DNA of 60,809 nucleotides, filler included, from Sphacelaria rigidula (lineage: Eukaryota), in assembly GCA_964200075.2 (NCBI GenBank). It is 2 parts of 2 records of this genome, joined end to end, with 100 filler letters (N's around TTAATTAATTAA, not from the genome) between each part and the next. Parts side by side here need not be neighbours in the genome. Positions count along the whole stretch, not along the records: positions 1 to 30,386 come from CAXNAA020000063.1; 1 more part is not named here. One strand, given 5' to 3'. Position 1 is the first letter of the stretch, and every line of letters begins with the position of its first letter. The notes under the pieces are model-generated. The model saw only the letters and a program-made list of their open reading frames with translations, did no database searches and had not been told where the DNA came from. Positions 1 through 14,000 of the stretch are shown here, piece after piece. Made by a program: the position numbers and the translations under genes.

Positions 1-3000
1 GGTATGCTCCAACTGAGACAGCACAAGGTTCTGAAAAGACCAAGTTCTGGAAAACCATCAGTAGTTCCATCGCTGAAGTGCCCACCAACGAGCACCTAGT
101 GCTCATGATGAATGCCAACGCTCGTACCAGAAAGAGAGGAGGATGAGGCATGGAGGACGCTCGGGTATTTGAAGAATATGGCAGAGACACCTGGAATGAT
201 AACGGTAGACGCCTACTGAAGTGTGCTGCGGAACTCAAAATGGCCATCACCAATACATTTTTTCGCGCACCAATGCGCGGGGAAAGCTCGTTCGGATACA
301 CATATGCGGGACCGAAGGCCGAACACCGCTGGTGCCTGGACTACATCCTAATACGTCAGCAAAACCGCAGACTCGCCCAAAATATCACTGTACACCCCGA
401 TATGAAGTCGGACCATCGTCTGGTCTCAGCCACCATCCGTCTCCTCGGACGGAACGCTCCCAACCGCCAACCGAAACCGAGAGGCGGGGATAGGGGAGTG
501 CGTTTCGACCGCAACGCCCTCGCATCCGACCGACGCTGGAGAGCGACTGTTTCATAGACCATTGTCGCTAAGCTCCCGAATGCCACCGATTCCCCCGCAG
601 TAATGGATCTCAACGACATGGAATCTACCTCGGCCAACGCCCTACAACAGACGGCCGCAGATACACTCCATCGATGCCCCAAGACAAAACCATCTAGAGG
701 TTTCAGTGAGTCAAATCAAGCTCAGGATCGCCTCCAAAAGGCGTGGGATCTCAGGGAAAGTGTATGGAAGAAATTGCGAGCGAGCCCCAAAGACGCTGTC
801 TTGAAGAAGGCGCTGAAGGTGACGAACAAAGAGTTTCAAGCGGATGAAGGATGCTGAGCTGCAGAACTTCGTTCACGAGTTCACAGTCCGGACAGCGGAG
901 TTTGTTTGCAAGAAGGATCAAGCAGAACTGTACCAGCATTTCAAGTATTTGGAACCGGAAGGAAGGAAGCAGAGCGACTCAACTTACATGAGGAATGCGA
1001 CTGTCGAGCTGTTGCGGAACTAGCAAGCTATCCTGCAACGATGAAAATACTCGTTCGAAACACTGCTGAACGCAACATCGCCCGCGATCGACCACTCTGT
1101 CATCGATCTCATCGAACAGAGGCCGGAGCACGCACCGCTCGCGGCGGAACCCTCGATGGCAGAAATGAAGGAAGCGGTGGTCAAACTGACGAACGGCAAG
1201 GCCGTTGAGACGGTCAACATCTGTGACGAACTATTGAAGCTCGGCCGCACTGAAACTCTGTCATCCTGAAGTGCCTCCGCAACATCGTGCTCACCGTGTG
1301 GCGTCAGAAAGTAGTGCCGCAAGGGTGGAGAGACACCATTATCAAGGCGCTTTTCAAGAAACAAGACCCGCACGAATGCGGCAACTACTGCGGTATTCCT
1401 CTCGGGTCCCAGGCGGGCAAGGTGGTACTCAAGATAGTTGAGACTCGCCTCAGCGCTTACTGCTAGTGGAAGGGAATCCCCCCAGAAGTACAATGCGGTT
1501 TACGACCTGGCCGGTCCATAGTCGACATGGTTTCCGTTGTGCACAGGCTCCATGAACTGGCCAAAGAGAAGAATCTTCCTCTATACATGGGCGTTATCGA
1601 CCTCCAAAAGGCTCACGACTCAGTGGACCGCTACTTTCTCTGGAAAATTGTAGCACGCCATGGTATCCCCCCCCAAGAAAATTTCCATCATCCGCCAATA
1701 CCACGACGGCAGCGAGCATGCGTACGCGTGGACAGTGGCGAGACATCTGAGTGGTTTAACGTTAACCAGGGCTTCCGTCAAGGTTGTGTGATTTTCCCCG
1801 GTCTGTTCAACATCTTTTTCGCGGCGATGCCGACGGTAACGTTCGACCGCCTCTTGATCAATAAAGCGGTGGCGCAAGACTTCATCCGCATTGCTGAAAG
1901 GGGCAGGAACACCAGGGACGAACTCGGCAAATTGCTCTGGGCCATGCTATACGCTGACGACGCTGGCATCGCCTCGCGGTCCTGGGTAAGCTTGACAAAG
2001 ATTATGGCGTCCGTCGTCGAAGTATGCGCGGCATTCGGCCTCGTCGTGGCGGAAAAGAAGACGGTCACCCTGCACATGCGCTCCCCGAACATGGAGGCGG
2101 GTACGATCGAGGTGGAGACAGCGAGCCAAAGATAAAAGCAAGTTGAGTATTTCCTCTACCTTGCCGCAAAAATCAATCGCACCGGTGATGTCACTCCCGA
2201 CATCCACAGCCGTATTGGCAAGGCCTGGACATGCTTCTACAAGTACAGCAGAGCGATATGCGATAACCCGTACATTGCCGTGGCCATCAAGGTTCGTCTC
2301 CTGAAGACTGGAGTGATCGAGGTAATTCTGTACAGCTGCGTGACCTGGACGATCGCACACGACAATGTCGGCGCGTTACGGGAGGCCCATCGAGGATTCC
2401 TGCTGAGGTGCCTCAATAAGCATACCTCAAGCCGCAGTGCCCCTGACGACCACATGTTGCCATACCACGAGGTGTCGAAAGGAACTGGCTGCGAGTGCAT
2501 TGAGGCCACCGTGATGAACCAAACGCTCCCACAGGCGGGCCGCGTTGTGTGCATGCACGATGAACGCTTCCCCAACATCGTCATGCGTGGAGTCATGGTT
2601 GAAGGAAAGACGAGGGCAGGCCGACCAGCAAAGCGCCTACAATACTGTATCGCGGACTACTGTTCGTTCTTTGAAATAAATGCGACATCGTGGACGCGGG
2701 TTGCCCGAAATGTGTCGGAATGGTCCCGAGTTGTAGAGGAGGGGGCCAACATGTACATGGAAGCCTGGACCAAAGTACGCCGTGGTATAGAATTGTTCGC
2801 TGTGCTATCGCTAGAGCTCGCCAAGTGCTACCGAGGACGTCGGGGAAGTAACCAGTAGTCCATCGGGTAGTACTCTCGCCAGTACATCTGCGGCCGAACA
2901 GCTGTGGTGGTTGCCCAAGACGGTGCCTGGAGTTGTTTTTGAGTTCACCCTTGCTTGGTGGACATGCTTATTCACTTGTTTCATCTATCTTTTCTTGTCT

Positions 3001-3330
3001 TTATTTGATTTCCCTTTTCTGTCGGTGTGCTTTTCTACAGTAGCAGATCTGTTTTGTTTTGTTTTCCCTTTTCATCCCGTTGAAGTTGGGAAAGCGATTT
3101 CTCACAAGTTTTCTTGGCGTCCCTCTTCTTATTTTTATTTTGATAATGTGTTATTTGAATGCGCTTGCTCTTGTACTTAGGCTGAAGTCTCGCGGAAAAA
3201 ATGACGAGGACTCCACGTCTTGTGAGGAATACCAGGGACGGTATTGGAAAGACGAGCCTACGACTGTGACCACGGGTTCGAGAGATCGGACTCATGTGCG
3301 GAAATAAGAATATTAATAATTGAATAATAA
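1..3330 (+). mobile_element. Decayed non-LTR retrotransposon (LINE, RTE-like): APE endonuclease + reverse transcriptase, 5' part outside the window
   Basis: Endonuclease motifs YAPT, NANART, LDYIL and SDHRLV (3-557). RT motifs NYCGIPL, QCGLRPGRS, IDLQKAHDSVDR, GFRQGC and LYADD (about 1380-1960). In-frame stops (e.g. 144-146, 555-557, 2133-2135) and frameshifts. A pyrimidine-rich 3' UTR ends in an AAT-rich tail at about 3302-3330. Confidence 0.92.
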
Positions 3331-6235
3331 TTGAAGAACGCGTCAAAGAAATATATTTTATAGTTCCCTAGTTTGGGTGTGTGGCGAGCGCACGCAAGGA
3401 GCCGCAGTCCAATCCTCTGCTAGGTTGCCGAGAAACTCGCAATTCGGTTGAAAGATTGGTACTTTCGGGTTGGGGACTAGCATCATCTTGGCGTTACTAG
3501 CAGTATGCCAGGGATACGTTTCCTGCTGCTGCTGTGATGTGTGGCGGCCACTATTATGCTGCTGCTGCTCGTATTATTGTCTCGTGATGTTCACAAGGGC
3601 GATAAAGGTGGTGTGGTAGCACGCGGGCGCATCCTTCTCGAGCGCTACTGCAACAAACAGAACCAGTGCCCTCGTGCAACGACAGGGGCACAACAGCAAC
3701 GGGGGCAGCAGCATCTATCCTCCTGCTGTGTCCCTGTGCACAGGTGTACAGCAACATCAGTCACAGGCTTGTCATCCAAATGTACTCTAATAATGATACA
3801 TTTGTTTTGAGCCATGTCGCTGTTTTGAAGTGACGTGTGTACTTGTGAAATATGCTGATTGGCCCATTTAGGCTTCATTTCTTCTGGAGACAGGTGTCGA
3901 TGCACACTTTCCCGAACTATAATACCCAAATTCGTCCGTCATTCACCCCCGTAACAGCGAGGTAAGGTGACGTTACGGTTCTGCCCCGCTCCATTGCGAC
4001 CTCCTTATACCGGTAAAGTGGGGTCAGTGCACTATTCAGGGGCCATAGGTGATGGAGTGACCTGAATATATCGGGAAAACGGGCAAGCATCAACGCAATC
4101 ATCAGAGTTTCTACAGCATTAATTTAGCCGTCATACAAATCGTCGACGGATTGCATTGTCGTGCTGGGCTTGGTTCTCAGAAGTGTTTGTTGACAAACTC
4201 GCTCGCAAATTTGTATGATGACATCGTCAACTGCATGTCCAGGCAGCGCTCAAACGGCATGCATCATATAACGGCTTGATAGCGTGAAAAGAGCCTCCGA
4301 GAACCAAAACAACATCAGAATTCTGGAAACATTCACCATTTGCGGCGGAATTCAAACCGATACCCCAGCGAGATACAAATTGCAAACGTCAACCAGACCA
4401 GAAAGGCAGAAACAGGCGTCAGAACCTCCAACGGCGAAAAACCCAAGACATGAAAATGTAGCACACTCAAAAAGAGGTGACAGTGGACTACGGTACCAAA
4501 CACCCTACAAGAATCAAGAAGAATGTAAACTCGTCACGCTCAAAATACAACGTCGAACGCGCTTATCGAAATCTGATGCGTACGATACGCGTATGCTAGG
4601 AAAACAAACTCAGCAACGGGGAGTACACAGAACAGTTGTAAGCAAGCTCAAATCAAAAGCTCCATCACCTCGCTAGTTGCCATGGTTCGCGAGTCGGCAG
4701 CAGGGCCTGCACTCTCAGCAATGTCGACGGCAGACCTTTTTGTCTTGGTCGCCCCGTGGGCTGAATCGAATATGGAATGCAATCGATACTCCCGCGAATT
4801 GAATGTTGCATACATTCGAGCTACAGACTGGCCCCAGCGAAAGAGACCAGAAACGCCTGTGGTCGTTGTGTTGAGGTAAAGGGTCAGGTGACTTCATTGT
4901 TGTGTCTCGGAGACTTATGTTGCCACTTCGCCGGGAGCAGATTGTGTGGTGCATCTCTTGCTCAGAAGCCGCCGTCTCAGACCTCCGGTATAATGAGAAA
5001 AAGTAAACAAATGGCGTTGTAGGTTAAGGAGTTGATTGCTTGGGGTTAGCCCGTACTCACGAGCCATGTCATGAGTACGTGGCGTATTTTGGGGCGAAAG
5101 CTGTTGCTGACTGCAGGGATTCGCAACGTTTGGCCGTCACGGCACGAAGGATTTGCGGTACCAGATATTCGAGGTACGGTAATGTAGGGAAACGGTGGAT
5201 ACCGACTGCCTCTACCGCGTGAAGTATTGATACTTACGTATCACGCCATACGCCGCGGTTAGTCGACCGCGAAACAGTTCCGAGAGCAGTCCTGATATCT
5301 TCGAAGCACCACTAACTACTCCTGTGTTGGCCATGATAATGCAGTTCGATGATAGCAAATTCCTTTCGTTTATTTGGTGATGAATCTCGTTTTGGCGCAG
5401 GGGGCGGTGCCGAGAAAAAGTGGAAGCACTGACGTCTGGAGACAAGGCGCCTTTCCTTTTCATCATCAACATACAGGTCAGTTTCTAAGGTACAACCCCA
5501 AAGTATACATACCGTTTCATGATTTCAAAGAGTCGAGCTCGGGTCTAGTAAGGACTGGTCTGTCCGAAGTTCAATTATTGCCCTATGTTCCAGCCGAATC
5601 AAGGTTTTTGAAGTACATCACCGAGGACGCACGAGTAGCCAACCCAGGGGTGTGTATTACCAAAAAGTCCGCCAAGAACCCAACGATATTTAACTGATTC
5701 TAGCCAAAGGCGTAGCCGACCCCGATCACCGCGAAGATTACGGCTCCCTAAAATATTTCATGCTGTACGGCTGAACCAACAATAATCGAATATACCACCC
5801 ACAGTCACGGTAAGCGTCCCTTTTTTAGCGTTTTGAGATCCTTCGGGCGCGCGCGGATGAGGAGGGGGGCATAGAAGGTAGCGATGCCTTATTGAGAACT
5901 GTAGATGTTTTGTCTGGAGGCACCGCCTTCAAAAAGGTTTCGTTGGTCTCCCTCACTTAACCCTAGATACTAGTACCCCCCGTGTCCCCCCCGCCTGCTA
6001 CGGCGGAAACCCGGCGTGCTCCGTCTTGGCTTTGTAGTAGGGGCGGATCCTCCAATGGGGTTGGCGATGGCGCTGTAAAATACGCCACTCACTGCGTAAC
6101 CTAGGGAACCAGGTTACCGGGGTTTTTTGCGCGCTTGCGTGTTTTTTTTGCGGTGAACATGATGGTGGTCGAGCGAGATCAAATTGTGCAGGGTGGGAGA
6201 ACCTCAGCTCCGCGCAAACGAGATGATCGTACTAC

Positions 6236-6756
6236 GTAGTGTTTCAATGGTGAGACACCCATGAGGCAGTGTAGAAGCCGTGGCCGTCTCTTGGAATTGG
6301 CAATACCAGAAAATGAAGCAACTCGTTGTAGGCTGTCACCCAAATGCAAGATAATCAGTACTCTTCGGGCGGAACAATCTGAGGAGGATGCAGCTCACCA
6401 TTCATGTGAATTGCCGAGCACACCACCGCGCTTGGCGATTGAGTGCGAGCCTGGTCTGGCAAAAACCCGGCGTGCTCCGTCCCGGCTTTGTAGGGATACG
6501 AGGTCAATCGCCGGACCAGGCTCGCACTCAGTCACCAAGTGCGAAGCGCGATGGTGTGCTCGGCGAGTGGTGTGCTCGGCGAGTCGCATGAAATATGAAC
6601 TGCATCCTGCTCAGATTGTTCCGCTCGAAGCGTACTGATTACCTTGCATTTGGATGATAGCCCCCAATGAGTTGCTTCATCTTCTGGTATCGCCACTTCC
6701 AGAGACTGCCACGGCTTGTACACTGCCTCATGGGTGTCTCACCATTTGAACACTAC
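6236..6756. repeat. Long imperfect inverted repeat (arms about 6236-6460 and 6511-6756, 50-bp loop)
   Basis: GTAGTGTTTCAATGGTGAGACACCCATGAGGCAGTGTA... at the left is the reverse complement of ...TACACTGCCTCATGGGTGTCTCACCATTTGAACACTAC at the right. Complementarity continues inward to GAGCCTGGTCTGGC / GCCGGACCAGGCTC. Confidence 0.9.
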
Positions 6757-8725
6757 CAGATGATTATGACATGCAAGATCATGAGTACACCCCCCTATTC
6801 CACCCGCTTCACGCCCGCCAGCTTGGATGTTAAAAAATATATATGTCTTGGACGTTGAGAAAGAGGTTTGCCTTGGCTGTGGGTGCTCCGTTCTTGGTTG
6901 TTGGTTGACTGCCTCTCTCCCCTCTGTCATACAGTGTGCAGCGTCATAAGCATTCCTACGTACTTTGGAATATGACGGAAATAATACTCCGAAATCAACT
7001 GTAGAGCTGAGGGCAGTGCTAGAACGCGGCTGTGGCTCGCAATCGAGGTTCTAGCTAAGGTATGAATATTTGACTCATGAAGCAGAAAGCACAAACAACA
7101 GAAACCGAGCATGACGGAGTTATCAGACGAAACATGTAAAGTAAGCCATGGTTGTTTATGCTGGCAGCGGTCTTACACGGGGAACGTTTTGGCGTTTCAA
7201 CACGACTGCGATCGTGTTCGAGGTGCCAACCTTGGAAACCGAGATCATCGGGTTGTATTTGTACGACACACGGAACTTGACGTCTAATTTCACCGTGTCA
7301 TGAGCCATTTAGCTCAGACCCGCGGTCGAATGGTGCTTGTTTCTGGGTTACCATGCATGAAAATACCACTCCTCTAGTAGGGGGCTCGTCACTGCAGTAG
7401 CAAGCTTCAGATGCGCTCGCCCTCCCACGCTAGGGAAATACATCGTTAGGATGAGAACTCGGGGTGGGAACACATCCGAGCAACGACGTACGAGTAAAGC
7501 AAAAGGGATCATCGGCAGAAAGACACCCAAGAAGAGAAGCGGAAAGCAAAAAAGAGAGCAGTCATTTCACAGGAAAGAGCACATCAATGAAATCGACAGC
7601 GGAAAGTAGTGAGGCGAAATACCAGAAGTGTAAAAGTCGACCAGCGCATAGAGTCCCGCGCAGTCGGGGGCGAGTGAGGTACGTACGTCCATTTGGCAGA
7701 GCGTTTTATTCGTTTGTCTTCCTCTCTGTCTCGTTTTTTGTACGTTTCTCACTACCGACTTCATTCCAGAGTGAACGCCCATCCTGCCACGAATTTTTCG
7801 TGCAACAGAACGTAACAAATGTGGCACACGCTCGAAAACGCTACGCCGAACAGGTCCGAGGGGATCCACCAGTTTCGATGGTGGCCTATTGGGCGACGGA
7901 TGCGGAGGCTGTAGCTAATCCGGATGGGGTCCAGGACCCGCAACAGAGGACTTTCGCCAAAATTATCGCTAGGTACCTATTTCGGTATATTCAAGCATGA
8001 TGTGTTGAGTGGATATTTACTACTGAAGTATTCGTAAGGCTAGAAATTACCGCAGCGCTGGTACTGGTAAGTAGGATAACCCATTTCAGACCAATGAAAC
8101 GCCATTGCATGCCTTGGTATATTACTTCCTGTTTGGCCATGCTTTTTGCTCACACACCCCGTCCCCCTTCCCGGGATGAGAATCGTACGTTATCTTGAAG
8201 GATTAACCCACCCCCATGTCGAGAGTTGCCTCGCACTTGGACATCGACCATCGGAGCAGCACCACACCACTTTGGGCAATACCTACAATACCGCAGCCCA
8301 CCAACTGCCATCGCATACTTTTGGCAGCTCTCATTCCTATGTTTTTCGGACCACTAAAAAAACAAGAAACTACTGTCGATAACTGAACTCACAAAATCAG
8401 CGCAAGTTAACGTTGACGCACTCAGTCGACCACCGGGCGTAGCGGCTCTGCGTCATCAATTACATAGGACGAGTTGTCGATGCTGCACGATTCGGGTGGA
8501 GGTGGGTCGAAGTTAGCTAGTATGGCGGAACGAATCGTTTAGGATGAGGTGTCCCGACATTTTGAGCACTGAGAGTAATCCTCCATCCGGTATATTTCAA
8601 ATGTGGCGCTACTAGTGCATATGGGTCAATCGATTTTTCTCTCCTTTGCTATCCGTCGTTCTGCGAAACTGCAGATACTAAGGAGAGGGGAAGACAAAGA
8701 AATGTACGCAAACAATATTTGGTAC

Positions 8726-8900
8726 TACGGAGATGCCGCCAACCCTAACGCTAACCCTAACCCCGACCGAAGAGTACCGAGAACCCTCGGGCAAGGGGGA
8801 TGCAATGTATTTATGAGGCGAAGTGTGCATTGCCAGAGTTCGAATCGACGCCTTTGAGCCGATTTTGGACCGAAACACGTTCTGAACGAGCTGGGTCTAC
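8726..8900 (+). repeat. Dispersed repeat with a degenerate CCCTAA tract near its end; second copy at about 43125-43310 (-)
   Basis: TACGGA...GCCAACCCTAACGC...CCCGACC...CCTCGGGC...GATGCA...AAGTGTGC...GCCGAT.TTGGAC..AAACACGT.CTG.ACGAGCT aligns by eye with the reverse complement of 43125-43310. Confidence 0.7.
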
Positions 8901-9974
8901 TGCTCACCACTGCTCACCTGCCCCAGATCATGAATTTTCTCAGAATTTTCTTCAGTCTAAAATCAAGTACCAACCATTGTTCACGTACATTTCTTTAGGT
9001 CTACTGATCACGGATACTGCTTTCAAAGGTAGGTCGTAGTAGGCACGTATATTTGTTCTGCGCAGATACCCCGGATGCTGCTCTCAAAAGTACATCTATA
9101 GTGTACAGTCTCCTCCAGTCAAGGTGAAACGCACACGTAATCCCGCCCTTCCTCTTTTATCATCCTTCCGGGTCTCTGACGTATACCACAGGTAACATGT
9201 TAATTACAGGCTGATTCACGCGTGTCACCCCAAATTGTGTCATCAGCAAATGCCTTTCGCAATACCTACCCAATAATCGGATACATGAAATCATACTGAC
9301 CGCCATGAGCAGCTGAAGAGCATGACATAGCCGGAGTTGTGCATGAGGCCATACTGGTAGCCCCAAGGGCGAAATGGTACCTCGAAGCAATCAGCGCTCT
9401 TCAAATTGTTCTGAGATCGGAAGTACAAATTCCATGCCCAATTTTCAACCAATCTTTACATGCTTTGAATCGTAGTAACCACCAGCTCGGGACTCCCACG
9501 GAAAAACTGATTCAAAAACAGTTATACGAGGTTGAATTATACCCGAAACCGTGATGTTTCGGTGGTGTGGGGTTTTGCCGTCTGATTTCCACTAATGGTA
9601 CGCAGGAAAGACGCAGGGAGCCTCGTGACGGTTTCCCGTATATCTGTTGTAGAAAAGCTCAGATAGTCCTCGAACTTGGCCGTTCCATAGGTATTGATGA
9701 TCAAAATGGATTTTTTTATTCCTGACAATGTTTCAAAGTTTCTCCGTTTACCGGCTTCCGGGGGTCACAGTTTGAAGACCCCCGGAACGCGGTACAGGAT
9801 GTCTCACAAAAAGGAGAAGAAAACTGCGCGTCCCGGGGTAGTCTAAGGAACACATGGACGAAGTTTGGTCGAGAAACTCGATAATCTCATACTGTTTTTC
9901 TTGCCTTGACGTATAGTTCACCCGGCAAAAACGCTTGCATATTAAAACCAACTAGTTCGGAGTTTGCACGTTTT

Positions 9975-10521
9975 AAACGCGCAAAACATCACGCCGTTAT
10001 CAGGAGTCGGATCCTGAAACTTTGCGCAAATATGCCATGGGTCAATACGCACCTTTCGTTTGACGAGGTTTTCTCTGCTTTTTACTTTTTTACCGTTTTT
10101 TGGGGATCCGACGGAATCCAAGTCGTTTTCTTGAAGTAGTCTCCCTTCTGGGAACCCGGTAAACCGGCACTGCGGCCTTTTTTTTCCTTTATTTTTTCGC
10201 AAACGAGCTGCCGCGGCATACCCCAAGGAAGAGCTTCACAGAATTTCGTGGCCAAATTCGATTCACTGATGCTTGAATTTTCATGTTCACGTCAAGGACG
10301 GACCAAAATCGCCATTTTCATACTAAAATCAAGTAATCCGCGGTTTCACCGTGGCACGCAAACGTTCATAGCACAAAACGCGCAAAATTTCACGCCGCTT
10401 TCAGGAGTTAAATGCTGAAATTTGGCCCAAATGTGCTATGGGTTACTACGCAAGTTCGGATGAACGAGGCTTCTCATTTTTTCTCTTCTACCGTTTTTCG
10501 GGGGTCCGACGGAATCTAAGT
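9975..10521 (+). repeat. Diverged direct repeat of about 150 bp (9975-10123 and 10377-10521), probably inside an old transposon
   Basis: Both copies read AAACGCGCAAAA..TCACGCCG.T.TCAGGAGT...CTGAAA...ATGGGT...TACGCA...ACGAGG...TACCGTTTTT.GGGG.TCCGACGGAATC.AAGT. Confidence 0.75.
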
Positions 10522-11007
10522 TTCCCGAAAGGCATGAGAAGAAGTGAAGAAGTGAAGGGGGGAAAAAAAAGTCGACCTTCGAAAGTTGCGTAATAACTCA
10601 TCGCGCAGTTGTGCAAAATTCCATTCCAGGGTCTAACTTCCTAAAACGGCGTGGAGTTTTGCCGATGAATGTTCTTGATTGGATAAGCGTGAACCAGACT
10701 GTAGTGTGAAACGACAATGGAACCAAGGCAGTGTACAGCAACCAAAAGCAACTCTCTAATCTTGTATTGCTCGGAAGAATACTCTTCCTGTTTCCACTCT
10801 CATGACATCTCAATTTATGCCATTGATGGTTCGCTAAAATAGTGCTCTTCGCCCTTGTTGATTAAATCGCGGCAACTGCTGGTACTGCACGTGCGGCAGC
10901 TACGCAAATGACCCGGTTCGGCCAATCGAACCCTCGACCATAGCCGTAACGGTGAACCCGTTGTCTTTCGCACTTGATCTTCGTTCCGAACGATGAACAC
11001 GTGACAG

Positions 11008-14000
11008 CTACGCAGATATCCCCATCAGCACATTCGGAGGCCACTCAAGCCCGGACGGGGATGAATCGCACTGCCCCGTGATGGATGAAACGCCTCCGCC
11101 AGCACACTCAGATGAGCGCAACCGTCGCTTCAAGCTCATCCCTAGGATCATTGGAGGCTCATGGGTCGTACGAAAAGCGGTCGGATCTACGCCGGTGTTG
11201 TTAGGGACGAAAATACACCACAGGTATGTACAACAGCATCACGACTTCTTCTTATCATGCCTGTGCTCACTCATTTTGCTGGCTGGTGTTTCCGTTTCTC
11301 TCCTCAGGTCGACTGTTACGTTCGATTTCTGCTGTTCGTTCGCCGTATTGATTGCCGTTTCGCCATGTCTTGCGTTGTTGAGGTTTTCCTTTCAGGATGG
11401 CTCATCACTATACGTCCGCAGCAGAACATCACCATCACTAATTTGAACCTCCATGGCGTGTGGGCATGCGCGTCGCATCTTTGAGAATAGAGAATATAAA
11501 TATTTTTGCGTCTTGTGTTCGTCGCTCATTGTTTGATTCTTGCCAGCGTACTGTCGAAGGGACTTTGATGCTTACAATACTCGAGGTACGGTGAATCTAC
11601 AGAGTATCTTCAGTACTCACTGTTCCAGAGTTCCAGGGGTACCGACTGCCGACTATACAGTGCATTCCGTGATACTTGGACTACCGACTGACTCACGGTA
11701 CTGAGTATCGCGAAATATCCTGCAATATCGATTGCCCAAAATACCGAGTATTTCAGAGTTTCCACCTCTTGTTTTGACATATATTCTCACCGCACAAGGT
11801 AAGTGAAAAAACAAGCCGGCATCGGTTGTCTGTTCTCTCGTTCCCCTCTTGTTTTGTACTCCTCCATATTGTCCTCAGTTCTATCGAGCTTCGTAGTGGC
11901 GAATGTATTCGTCTGTTTACCTGGGTCACGTCCATCATGAAACCGGGGATCGATTCGTGGCGGGTCATTTTTACGTGAGGCTACCAAATAACCAATCAAT
12001 CGACAAATGCTACCAACCAGAAACCGATGATTGGAGTCAGCCCTCGACCATTTAACATCCATAGTGCTGTCACCAGTGGTGACGGGTGTCAAATGCTTAC
12101 ATCATTTGCGTCCCGACTGAAGTTTCAAACCACCCAACTGCGACACCCACGGTGTAAAAGCTTGACACCCGCCACACGTGCAGTATCATGGCGGCAAAGT
12201 TCACGCCATGCCCAACCTCTTGGTAAGTTGTGCCGTTGAGTACGCACGAGAGCCGATTCAAATCATCAGCGCATGGTGTGAGCTGTGGACTTTGAGGGGG
12301 CGTGTCGCCATGGGAGCCACTTGGATACTTTGGAAACTTTTAATGTGGTGAAGGAAATCAACGTCCAGTATAAGCATCTAGAATTTTTCGCGCGAATGTC
12401 ATGGGGCTGCTCTCGCGAGATCTTCGGTTTACGCAGACCTTCTGATTGCACAGGTTAGATGTGTATGGGAGCTTCAAATATTTGGCGTGTAGTATTTGGT
12501 CTTCGTATACGAGTCCCGAAATAGATATTGGCGTAATATAATGCTGTAGTCCACAGAAAACACCCTGGCTTCGACACTCGGTGGACGTGAAGATGTGGTC
12601 GTTTGCCTGCTTCGTCTACACGGTCTGCTTGCGTAACTCAGGACTGGTTGAACGCCCAAGCTTTGACGAATGTTTCTACAGAGTGTCGTAGATTACAGAA
12701 GAGGACAACTCTGTGGGGGTTTTGTTTTCAACTTCGACTTTCTCAGCGGAACAATCACCCGCAAATCGTAGGCACATGTCAACGGGATCACTCCAGCGAG
12801 GTGGGTTGTGCCCTTACTGGTGTCATAGCGTGCGAGGAAACTCGAAGTTAAACGATGTATCGAGATGACCTAGTCCGCGAGAAACCTCGAGGCTGGAAAA
12901 TGCACTGTCGGGGAAGGAAATCGCCAACAAGCACCCAAGAGGACGGCGTGCGATGCCACCTCAGTGCCACGAGGCGACCGGCGCCTTTTGCGCACCAGAA
13001 TTATGCAGGACGTGTTGACATGGCTCGTGGAGATGCCCGCCACATTTTCCTGATGAAAGCAAGAACGGGTGGATTGTGTTCGTTTCCTCAAGAGTTCTGT
13101 CAGGAAGTGACGACAGGCCAAAATGGGTTCTCACTTGAGCTCCGATGTGGATCCCTTGTGCCTGTTGTGTGGAAGATACTATCGGGGGGCTAGATATGTG
13201 GAGACGGACATGGACACGGGATCGTCACCCACCGCGGCCAGCCTGTGCGGAAGATGCAGAGGGCTCAGTCGGAATATCGACGTAGATCTAGGCATCGTGT
13301 TGCAGGTGAGAAAGCAACCACGCTTTTGTCCTTGTCATATTCAAGCTGTAACTAGACCCGGCGACGGGATAGCACCAACGGTCACCTGGTTCGTAGAAAC
13401 GAGGACACGCCACAAGACTGATACCCGACCGGGCAGGAGTCAAGCAGAACGGACTACAACCCGGCTTGCTGGATGACAAGTCGGGTCAGCCCAATGCTAT
13501 GTGTAGTTGGTAGGAGTCTCCGGCTTTGCCTGCAAGTCACGGGTAGCAAGAGCGGCGATCGTGCAAGGAGTCTGGTAGACAGAACACCAACCCACCCGTT
13601 CGTATGGTTTGCTTCAGTTTGCCTTGGTTCCTCGGAGAAGCGCACTATGTGTGCAAAGGCGAGGAATGATGTACTTGACCATCGCAAACTGAATCAAGGT
13701 ATGTTTATCCGGTGCTGAGAACCATCGTGTTTTTTTTTTCAAGGTTTCGTCATATACATATTTTCCACCCCTTCCCTTGGTCCCCCTGCTGGTGGCAAGT
13801 CTGTAGCTGTAGTCTCAAGTGATGAGGCCATTTCTCGCCCGGGACACACCTCACGTGCCGTAGTCGCGGATTGAATTAGCACTCTCGCACGACCTAGATT
13901 TTCCAACTCTCGCCCTCACGTTTTCTGCGGTGGAGACCAGATAGCTGAGAAAATATTGTACAAGTATACGCTGATATTCGATCCCACGATTTCTCGTCCG

